Shown: positions 54,679 through 64,000 of the stretch, piece after piece
How positions within the stretch are numbered: position 1 is the first letter of the stretch
How the letters are laid out: each line of letters begins with the position of its first letter
Assembly (NCBI GenBank): GCA_963733375.1
Contig: CAVTDB010000009.1
Location: 96,001-160,000, forward strand
Direction: 5' to 3'
From: Nitrospirota bacterium
Lineage (GTDB): Bacteria > Nitrospirota > JACRHJ01
DNA length: 64,000 nucleotides
Notes under the pieces: model-generated
Told to the model about the DNA's origin: nothing
Seen by the model: only the letters and a program-made list of their open reading frames with translations
Database searches by the model: none
Program-made: the position numbers and the translations under genes

Positions 54679-57600
54679 CTACTCCTCCAGGAATATTCCT
54701 TCAGGCATTGCGAACGCGTGACCTCCAGGGTGTCGGACCCATCTTCGTGTCCCTCTGCAGATCGAGGGCAGGAGCGCGGACGATCTTGCGGGAGGGATTG
54801 TCGCCGTATAAGATTATCGTCACTTTCGCGTGCGCGTCGCCGTCGCCGCCGCTGTAGTATCGTTGGATTTCCACGGTATATATTCCGCGCTCCGAGTGCC
54901 CCTGGTCAAACACCTCCGGGCCGAAATTCCCCTTCGCGTCCTGTTCGAGCTGGCCTCCCGGTATCGCGTCCTTCGACTCGTAAGTGTTCGGTTGTTTATA
55001 GTCCGTATGCCACCCGACGGGCTGTAGACGTGGGCAGATCAGATCCGCGTGCGGCTTGTCCCAGGAGAGTACGACCATGATATCCTTCGGCTTCACGTAA
55101 CCGTAGCGACGGTTACGGTCTGGCTGCGCGAGACGCCGCGAGGGCCGTTCTCGGCTTCCACTACCATCGCGTTCTGCTCCCGCGACAGGGCAACCTTCTG
55201 CTCGAAGCGGCCCCTGTTTGACCACGATATCCATCGGGTTGCCGTTTAATATCAGCTTCGCGCTTTGGTTTCCCTGGTATCCAATCGTGCCCCGGACCGT
55301 AATCACGCTCTTTTCGGAGACGTCGAACACCTGCCCGTTGCTGGGCGAGATAATATTTACGGGAGCGCCCTCCAGAGGCTCGGAGTAATCCAGCGCGACG
55401 CTGTCCTTCCCGACGTTCCCGTCCACGTCGAACGCCATTACCGTTATAACGTTCCTGCCCTTGAAGAGAGATACGGTCGCCTCGAATGCGCCGTCCTCTA
55501 CAGGATATGATGCGAGAATCGCTGTTAACCGTCAGGGTCACCTTCTTTATCCGCGCGTCCGAAACAACCCCGGTAACGGTCTAAAAACTCCCTGCCGTGT
55601 CCCCTGCACCAGGCGAGACGATGCGCACCTTAGGGCCGGTCGCGTTCTCCGCGAGAAGAGTGCCGCGCGTCAGCACCGAACGTCTGTGGGCGGAGCTGTG
55701 GCGCCACCCCCGCGCGCGCCGCGGACGCGTAGCGGTTTGCGCCGGGTACACCAAGCGACCCCCCGGCGAACCGCTCCCCGCCGGTTATCCCGCCCGCCTG
55801 ATCGCCCGTATATACGGCCGCCGGCGCTTTTGCCGAAACCCAGGACGACTGTTTATGCGCGTCCCCCAAACGGACTCCGCCCGCGCCTCTGCCGTAAGAA
55901 CCAGCGCCGCCACTTCCCGCCGCCGCTTCCGGGCCCTGAGCGGCCGCCTGATGTCAGGCCCGCGACCCCGCCCCTTTTGTGGTCCGTGGCCGATGGGCCG
56001 GAAGGGCCCGCGGGCTGGCCAAAGCCTAATGCGCCGGCCATTTTCCTTGAGGCGCTTTCCATAAGGCCGCCAAGGCCGCCTTCGCTCCCGGACGGGCCCA
56101 GCGCTTTTCCGTTTATCCCTCTGGCAGTCCCGGCGTATCCGCCCGGCGCTTCCGCCGCCGCCCGCGCCAGCGCCGCGTGAAATAATTCCCGATTGAGCGT
56201 ATCCAGCCGGGGCGGTGGACGATTTCTCGTCGAGTCTCGCGACCCCCGCTCCCGGCGTCCTCGCTCCGGCGCCGGGACTTCCCTCCCCAGACCCAGGCAT
56301 TTGAAGTCCCCCCTTGCCCGGAGTCGCCATAACCTTGGCAAACCTCCTGCCGGTCGGGATGCCCATCGAGGACGCGGCCATCCTGTCGCTTCCGGACAAC
56401 ATCCTCGGCTGGCGTTTCACTTCCGCCTGGCCCATGCTGGCACGCGCCTTGGACAGCGCCGGCCCTCCTGTCCTCCGGAAGATGGCATGGGAGGCTGCAG
56501 ACTCTTCCCGCATCTTTTCGTAGGCGGGGACTTCATCCGCCATGTCGGAGAGCGACCTGAGGCCCGGAATTTTTCCGGGTGCCGCGCCCCGCCTGGAGTT
56601 ATCCGTTTCGATTTTCAGCGGCCTGGCCGGGAAGTTTTTAACGTCGTCCTGCGCCATGGCCTTAAGCAGCGGGCTGGTCAGGCCGAGGTCTTTTTCCGCC
56701 GGCCAGGCTTCTCCTTCGCGGTTTGCAAATCCTGCTCATCTAACTTCGCCAGCCTTTCCTTCTCCCGGTCCAGGCCCGCCTCCCGTCGCGCCGGATTGGC
56801 CCAGCGTCCCTCCGGCTATAGCGGCCTTATATCTCAATTTTGCCGCCTTGTACCGATTTTCCGGCGCCGCTTCCGACCCGTCGGGAAGGGCTGTCAAACT
56901 TTTCCTGGACAGTTCCCCACATCCCCCTGGAAAGCTTGCGGCCTCACATCTTTTATCTCCAGCTTCTTCCTTCCGGGCATGACGTCTACCGCCGCGATCT
57001 CTCCCGGTTCTATAGCCAGGACTTCCGCTGCGCCCTTCGCGCTGACCGCTCCCCGCGAGCCGCTGCCTCCCACTTTCATCTCCGGCGCCGCCGGGGCGGG
57101 AAGGTTCTCCATCTGCCCCCCCCGCCACTTTCGGCAGGGTTACACCAGGGCTGACTTTAGTCGGGACGGTCAGCAGTGTAAGCCCCTCCGCCGGACTGAG
57201 AACGCGGCGGGGCAGGGACGCTGGCGGGAGCCTGTTCTTCAGGCGCGGCAGGCGCGGCCGCCTGCGGGCTCCCCCCAACTGGTGTCGCCTCTCCGGCAGG
57301 CCCGGCCTCTCCCGAAGCTCCGGCTTCTCCTGCAGGTCCGGCCTCTCCAGTCTGCTGTGGCGCTTCCGCGGCGGGCTGTCCTCTTCCACGTATGTAAAGT
57401 CGGCGGCTTCTTTTTTTGAACGGCAGTTGATGGGTAGACAGATACATCATAAGCAGCAAAATGAGCGCGTGCGCGATGATGGAAGGCAGGACGAAGAACC
57501 GGACTTTCAGCCTCCTGCGTCCGTGCTCGGCGGTAAAGAACAGGCTCTTCGGCTCATCCGGTTCCGTCAGGTGCGGGCGATTCGCGCCGCTCTTTTTTTT

Positions 57601-58020
57601 GCCAGGTTCCGGTAAAACTTCAGGGCCGCCGTATGGCGCCCGTTTTTTTGCTTGTCCTGCGCGAGCGCGTATTCGAAGACCTCGCGCGCGCGGATAAATT
57701 TGGCCTGGTGGATTAGCAGGATGCCGCGGGTTTCGAGATAGCTGGTGAGGGAGCCTGGGTCAAGCGAGGCCGCCTTGTTCAGATACTCTTCCGCCTTATC
57801 GAAATCCGTGTTCTGGTGGTACAGGACGCTTGCGAGGAGGTGGAGGGCGGCGGGGTCGACCGGCCTTTGCTCAGGTATTTCTCCAGGCAGGCGCGGGCGG
57901 AAGCATAATCTTCGCCTTAAAGTATTGACCGCCCGCCGCGTAAAGCTCTTCGGGCGGAACACCCTCAAGGAGAGCCGCGGGTAAGTGGTCTTCCGGCCCG
58001 TTTATGGTTACATCGGACAT
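54679..58020 (-). CDS. TPR, TM, Pro/Gly/Ala-rich linker, Ig-like and DUF2135/YfaP-like protein (one gene or possibly two; many frameshifts)
   Basis: N-terminal TPR (ALHLLASVLYHQ...AEEYLNKA), TM near 57450-57500, low-complexity middle, I.SP.NG Ig-like units, C-terminal DIMVVLSWDK..ADLD...GG.L..D...FGPE. Confidence 0.68.
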
Positions 58021-58104
58021 CAGGGAATTCCCTTAAGTTCAAGCGCAAGAAAACGCAGCTTATTTTACGATTTTTCCGGAGAGATTTCAAGTTAAATAAG
58101 AATT

Positions 58105-58955
58105 TCAGCGACCTATGAGCCCCTGGGCAAAGTACAGGACGTTGCGCTTTTTCTCCAGGAGCCTCCTGATGCCGTAGCCGTACCAGTCCGTACCGTAGGG
58201 TATGTATTCGACTACCCTCCGGCCTTTTCGGAGAAGCTCGTCTTTCAGCGAATCCCGGACTCCCATCAGCATCTGGAACTCAAATTGCCCCCCATGGCCT
58301 TCCGAGAGCGTGAGTGCCTGCCCGACAAGGCGCCTGTCGTGCGTTCCAACGGCAAACCTGCCGGATTTATTGAATAATTCCTTAGCGAGCAAAAGCCAGT
58401 TAGAGCGCACCTCCGAAGATTTCTGAAAGGCCGTCTCCGGCGGTTCCTTGTATGCGCCCTTCACAGGCGGATTATCGCACCATCCTGTATCAGCGGTTCC
58501 AAATCCTCCCGCGTCCGCCGCAGGCATGCCTGAAGGGCGATGCCGCACTCCGGGTTGACTGCGTGCATCTCCCTGTAAATCCTGATAGTGTCCGAGGTGT
58601 GAACTGAGCCTTCCATGTCCACCCAGATGAAAATCCCTGCGTCTTTCGCGGCCTTTGCCAGCCCAAGACCATTGTCACGGGCAAGCCAGTATGAGAACCC
58701 CAGGCCCAGGTTGGTGAGCTTTACGGCAAGCGAGGCGTCCAACTTCGCCCTGCCCGCCGCTTCAAGTATCCGCGTATATTCCGCCTTGGCCCGGCTCGCC
58801 GCCTCGTGCGTGCCGACGTTTTCCCCAAGGAAATCGAGAATCGCGCCCATGCCCCGCGAGTTGACAAGCCTCGCCCGGCTTATGGCGTCCTCCAGCTTAA
58901 ACCCGGCAAAGAACTTCTTCGCGAAGGGGTAAAGCAGGCGCTGGCGGAGCTCCAT
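58105..58955 (-). CDS. Monofunctional proline dehydrogenase (frameshift near 58480)
   Basis: LDFLGE, VKLT.LG, VDME, IRL/VKGAYKEP, GTHD, EFQML.GVR and YIPYG.DWY.Y..RRL motifs. Confidence 0.92.
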
Positions 58956-59319
58956 TCTCGTTGCCTCTTGCAGGGTGGGGAAATTAAGGTCTTATTTTTT
59001 TATAATACAGGACAGCGGAAATGCCGAAGAAGACGGTTACGAGTTGCGGTAGAAAATTTTCAGGGCATCACCGTCCATCCCGGAGAGCCGTCCGATGCCC
59101 CAGAGGGCGAATACCCCGACTACCGCTCCCGGACGAAGCCGGTCGTCGAAAATGAATCCTTTACCCCCCCGGGAAGGTGCGGGCTTCTCCGTTATTTTGA
59201 GGTTCCATTATGTTAAAATTCCTTTCTTTTTGAGTGTCAGCGCGGGCATTATGAGTAATCGGGGGTGTGAAGTCAAGTTAATGGTTTTAATTTTTTCGCT
59301 TCATATGGCCGGTCGGCGA

Positions 59320-60068
59320 TAAGAAAGAGCCTTCGTGATTATCGGGTCTTAGTAGGAGTCGTTTTAGTCGTGGTGCGGTAATACGCGATTGCCGGCGGAG
59401 GCACCCTCATCATTTCCCATGTTTATCGCCTGTGGGCAATCGCTGAAACCGCTAATCATCTATCCTTATCCGTGGCGCTCAAATTGCCTCGGATACCTTG
59501 GGGGGATTTTCTAGTCAAAGACTTTGAAGGGTAGAAAGAACGGCTTTGCGATTATTCAGGAGCCGATAGAATCCGGTGGTGCGAGGGTCGCGGGCGGTTT
59601 TTCTGAATCTAACACGCGCAGGTAGTTCTTCGGTGGTGCCTTTCTATAATTAGCCACTGGCTCTGCTTGCATTTCAGATAAAATTGCGGCTTTCTCATGA
59701 GCAAGCGGCCATAAATCATGAAGCCTGGCGATTTTGGCGGTTTTCCCGGCGGTATCTATGGCGGCTATTCTTGGCGCGGCGCGAGCCTGCTATCGTCTTC
59801 GGTGCTGGGCAATGTATTAAACGACTCATCAGAGTCTCAATGCCCTGAAAGATTTCGGGTCTTGCTGAAATTCGCCCGAAAACGCTAGGATGACATTCTT
59901 TATTTTTGTTAGTTGTCTGGCTGTGGCAGTAGTCATTGCCGCGGCGCATAACCTGGCGGGCCCTTGCTGTGCACTGCTTTTAAATATTCCGTCGGTATAA
60001 ATTTAAGGATAGCTCGGTTATAGTTATCGTAGGAATTATATGTAAAATTTTATTTATCGGCGCGTTGA
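59320..60068 (+). pseudogene. Heavily disrupted TSUP (TauE/SafE) family transporter
   Basis: Mixed-frame fragments in correct order: AIAGGGTLI.FP, SVAL..PGYLGG, VVPF, GIYGGY.GA, LNALK. Confidence 0.72.
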
Positions 60069-60132
60069 AAGAGGTGGGTTCAAGTTTGATTTCAGTATTA
60101 AGAATGATTGTATATGTTTTCCATATTTTTTT

Positions 60133-60312
60133 TCACGGAAAGCATCCCAACTGGCAGTTCTTTATTCTGATATTCTCTTCGTTGCAGAACGCGCCGATTT
60201 CCTTCAGCGGGACGCCCGTCTCCTTGCATAGCGCGAACGCCACCGGGCATGGCAGTTTATTGCCGTGTTCCGACGCGGCCTTGCGGATTTTTTCCTTCTG
60301 CTCCTCAGTCAT
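60133..60312 (-). CDS. 59-aa conserved Cys-containing protein with C-terminal CQLGCF motif (below the ORF track cutoff)
   Basis: MTEEQKEKIRKAASEHGNKLPCPVAFALCKETGVPLKEIGAFCNEENIRIKNCQLGCFP; starts a few nt after the nrdJ stop. Confidence 0.85.
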   Translation of the reverse strand: MTEEQKEKIRKAASEHGNKLPCPVAFALCKETGVPLKEIGAFCNEENIRIKNCQLGCFP

Positions 60313-60318
60313 GCTTTA

Positions 60319-62880
60319 CTATCCGCACTTTGAATAACCGCACGAACTGCATACCACGCAGCCTTCGGCGAAAGAGACCATCGAGCCGCATTCCGGGCAC
60401 TGCGGGCAGTGGTTCAGGAGGTTGTCAGCCGTCAGGCTCTTATCCTCCGTGGTAATCCCCTGCTTTTTTTCGAGCAGGTAGTCCTCCAGCACGGTGGCGA
60501 TGGCGTCCGCGCAGGAGTATATGGTGGAGCCGGAAATCCACGTCGGCGAGGGGCAGCGTATCCCCTTCAACTGGTCGATGATGGACGCCGGTGCACGCCC
60601 GAGCGGAGCGCGAGAGACACGAGTCTGCCAGTGGCCTCCGTCTGGGACGTCGCGCATCCGCCGGATTTGCCCATGCTGGCGAACAGCTCGCACAACCCCT
60701 TCTCGTCCTCGTTTATCGTTACGTACAGCCTGCCGCATCCGGTGTTCACCTGCCTGGTGATGCCTTTCGTGATAAGCGGGCGCGGCCTGGGAATTATCTT
60801 GCCCGGCTCGGGCGGCAGCTTCTGCTCCTGGACTGCCGGGGCCGGCTGGCCCCCTTTGGCCTCCTTGGTCTGCCGGTGGAGAGCACCTGCTCGTCCTTGG
60901 AGCCGTCCCGGTATACGGTGATGCCCTTGCAGCCGAGCTGTAGGCCAGGCGGTAGGCCTCTGCCACGTCCTCGACCGTGGCGTCGTGGGAGAAGTTCATG
61001 GTCTTGGAGACGCCGTTGTCCGATGGTCCTGGAAGGCCGCCTGCATCCGCACGTGCCACTCGGGCGTCGATGTCGTGCGCCGTGACGAAAACCCGGCGCA
61101 CGTCTTCCGGCACCTCGGCCATGTCCGTGCAGGGTGCCGTGCTGCGCGATCCTCTTCATCAGGTCGTCGGAGTAGAAACCGCGCTTCTTCGCGACCGCCT
61201 CGAAATGCGGGTTCACCTCGATGCAGCTCGCCGATGCCCACGACGTGTGGCTGTAGGACACGGCGAAGAGCGGCTCGATCCGCGAGGAGCAGCCGGCGAT
61301 GATGCAGAGCGTGCCGGTGGGGGCGATGGTGGTCACGGTGGCGTTGCGCAGCGGCGGCCGCCGTCCCGGTAGATGCTGCTCGACCAGTTCGGGAACGGTC
61401 CCCGCTCTTCCGCCAGCGCCTCGGACTCGGCCCGGCCTCCGCTGGTGATGAACTCCATCACCTTGTCGGCCAGCCAGGCCGCCTCGCTGTCGTAGGGGAT
61501 GCCGAGCTGGATCAGCAGGTCCGCCCAGCCCATCACCCCCAGACCGATCTTGCGGTTCGCGCTGCGACATCTCCGATATCTCGGGCAGGGGATAGGGGTT
61601 CACCTCGATCACGTCGTCCAGGAAGCGGACCGCCAGTCGGACGCCGCCGCCCAGCTTCTCCCAGTCGACGGCGCCGCCGTCGATCATGCCGGACGCCAGG
61701 TTGATGGAGCCCAGGTTGCAGGCCTCGTGGGCAGCAGCGGCTGCTCGCCGCACGGGTTGGTGGCCTCGATCGTCGTCCAGCTCGGGGCGTCGGGTTGTCG
61801 GCCGGTTCACCCGGTCGATGAAGACCAGCCCGGGCTCGCCGTCCTGCCAGGCGGCCCCACGATCCGGTCGAAGACCTCGCGCGCGACAGCCGGCTCGACC
61901 GACCTTGCCGGTGCGCGGGCTGATAAGGTCGTAGTCCATTCCCTCGTCCACGGCCTCCATGAATTCTCCGTGATGCGCCACGGAGATATTGAAGTTGTTG
62001 ATCCGCCTGTGCCGTCTTGCAGTTGATGAACTCCAGGATGTCCGGATGGTCCACCTTCAGGATCCCCATGTTGGCGCCGCGCCGGGTCCCGCCCTGCTTC
62101 ACGGCCTCGGTGGCCCCGTTGAAGACCCGCATGAAAGAGACCGGGCCGCTGGCGACTCCGCCGGTGGATGCGACCTTGTCGTTCGCGGGGCGAAGCCGCG
62201 AAAAAGAGAAGCCGGTGCCTCCGCCGGACTGGTGGATGAGCGCGGCCCTCTTCATGGCGTCGAAGATGCTCTCCATGGTGTCTTCTACCGGGAGCACGAA
62301 GCAGGCGGAAAGCTGCTGAAGCTCCCGTCCGGCGTTCATCAGGGTCGGCGAGTTCGGCAGGAAATCAAGCCCGATCATCATATCGTAAAACGTGCGGGCA
62401 ACCTCCCCGGCTTCCTTTTCCCCGGAGCCGTAGTTCATCTCCGCGAGGGCGATATTTTCCGCCACCCGGCGGAGCATATCCTCCGGCGTCTCTATTGGAG
62501 TGCCGTCCTCCCCTTTTTTCAGGTATCTTCTTTCGAGGACTTTTATTGCATTGGTATTCAATTGGACTTTCCTTTCATTTATGACGCGGGCGCGGCGCTT
62601 GTGCGTGATACCTGCCGGCACTGCCGGTTCGGGCGCAAGCGTGGCTGAAAATTTCGGGTCAAACGATGCTACCGGCCGCCGGTCAGCCGGTCGCCGGTCC
62701 GCATGGGGCTGTCCTGCCTGAGTCCGGTCTGTCTGGGGCAGGTCTGCTTGAGGCAGGCTCTACCCGAGGCAGGTCTGCCTGCCCGCGAGAGTCCTCGTTT
62801 CCGGACATGTTGAAGAAGTCGTCCTGCCTGTCCTTCCCACTGCCTTCCGAAACTCCCCCGCCAGATTCCTCGAATGCCAT
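60319..62880 (-). CDS. nrdJ: Class II (adenosylcobalamin-dependent) ribonucleotide reductase (many frameshifts; start uncertain)
   Basis: [71 protein letters not shown] and C-terminal CPECG...EGC..C..CGYSKCG. Confidence 0.95.
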
Positions 62881-62957
62881 AACCGCCTCCGAAGTATAGA
62901 TTTTATGAGGAAAACGTGGAATTTTGAAGTGCTATTTTGTACTTCGTTTATTATACA

Positions 62958-62973
62958 CCACAATATATGGGAG
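62958..62973. promoter_or_regulatory. Probable NrdR box upstream of nrdJ
   Basis: CCACAATATATGGGAG resembles the CACwATATaTwGTG consensus; nrdR is present in this window. Confidence 0.5.
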
Positions 62974-63066
62974 TCAATCATTTTTTAGAACTTTTTAAGC
63001 GCCCCTTCTCATTTTTCATATTTTATTGTTAAAATAGCCTTGGAGGGGAACTAAGACAAATGCAGG

Positions 63067-64000
63067 TCAGGAGTATAAGGAAACAGCAAACCGGCCGCGA
63101 CAACAAGCCGGCGTACGCAAGCTTAAGCATCTCCACCGGTTGGCGCCGGTCACTTCAAGCCCCTTCGGGTTCCGGCTCAGACAATAACTCAAGGGGACCC
63201 TGTCAATCGGATACACTTCAAGCACCACACCCTCGCCAACCCAGTTGCAGAGGATAAGAAACGCGCTTTCACCAGGCTTGCGGGTGAATTCCTCGGGGTT
63301 GTATATCCAGGATATGTCCGTCCTCTTGTAGGAGGCGCGAAGCGACTGCTGCACGTATGATCTTCCCACGGGCCCGTTTATTATGGTTACGTGCGAGTTG
63401 GGGGGGAAATCGGGCATTTCTTTCTTTATGGAGGTCAGGAAGGCCCTGAAGGGTTCCGCCTGGTCACGCCATTCGGCGCCTCTGGCCTCGACCCGGCCAA
63501 TGTTTACCCAGGCAAACAGCGCAAGCAAAGCGACTGAGACGGAGACGAAGGCCCTGGCCGAGAACTTTTCCCTGAGGCGCAGTATCGCCGCGGCAAGTAT
63601 AATCGAAGAGCCGATAGACGGAATATACAGATAGCGGCTTATCGAAGAAAGGATATATCTCGGTTCAAGCTCACCAGGCTGGTGAGGCTCATGGGCAGGA
63701 AGGAAACGAATATCCAGCCGTAACCGAAGAGAAGCGCCTTCCTGTCCTTTACCCAGAAGAAGCTGAGGACGACCCTGCGATGGTCAGGTATATCCTGGGA
63801 TTGGACATTCTGAGAAGGCCCGACGGATGCAGGAAAAAGACCGTCCATCCGCCGAAAAGCATGTAAAGCGGCCGGGGATGGAAGAACCTTAAATTATCGA
63901 CATGGGAACTGAACAGATAAACGAAGACCATGTAGACCATTACTACGGCTATAAACGGCGCGGCCCTCAGCAGTACGGCCTTCTTGTCCCTTAGCCCGTC
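63067..64000 (-). CDS. GT-C-like multi-pass membrane protein, C-terminal part (frameshifted, truncated by window edge)
   Basis: Hydrophobic helices, WIFVSFLP and RYLYIPSIG motif typical of TMTC/ArnT-like proteins. Confidence 0.6.

Noticed and set aside
43543-57419. Long plus-strand ORFs (43543..44736, 51522..52946, 56193..57419)
   Set aside because: They are antisense shadows of GC-rich minus-strand genes, with no recognisable motifs or SD sequences.
58980-59300. Possible small gene upstream of proline dehydrogenase
   Set aside because: Only short frames without motifs were found on either strand, so it cannot be supported.
60319-62880. Intein or intron in nrdJ
   Set aside because: Conserved motifs follow at normal spacing and no splice-junction or homing endonuclease motifs were seen.
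1-64000. Dozens of frameshifts read as programmed frameshifting or mass pseudogenisation
   Set aside because: They hit conserved genes (nuo, nrdR, rarA, xseA) at scattered positions without slippery-site consensus, which is typical of long-read consensus error.

Overview
This is a GC-rich bacterial window. Gene content and style suggest an anaerobic or facultative diderm of Nitrospirota/Desulfobacterota type (inference). Single-base indels are frequent and typical of an uncorrected long-read consensus, so most split ORFs are read here as single genes. In order: HD-GYP fragment; rnfCDGEAB coupled to rpiB-glyA-dCMP deaminase-nrdR; ribF, a flippase-like gene and DUF2723; an ANTAR regulator followed by an attenuator-like leader, a DsrE2-like gene and a FadL-like porin; a complete nuo operon with NuoB-C(-D) fusion; a c6-like cytochrome; zapB-zapA-6S RNA, a decayed 5-FTHF cyclo-ligase, rarA-rny-ymdB-xseA; a ~10 kb minus-strand cluster of four secreted multiheme c-type cytochromes with about 15, 12, 9 and 6 heme motifs, the last fused to an Ig/YDG-repeat/FN3-like adhesin stalk; an orphan NarL regulator, M29 peptidase, HEAT, giant TPR and TPR-DUF2135 genes; proline dehydrogenase; a decayed TSUP gene; a small CQLGCF protein; nrdJ; and a partial GT-C-like gene. 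The best candidates for an undescribed system are (1) the modular multiheme cytochrome ladder with its stalked cytochrome-adhesin and (2) the ANTAR leader with variant CxxGAx hexaloops upstream of DsrE2 plus FadL. No tRNA, rRNA, CRISPR array or transposase was seen. All family assignments come from motif recognition by eye; no database search was run.
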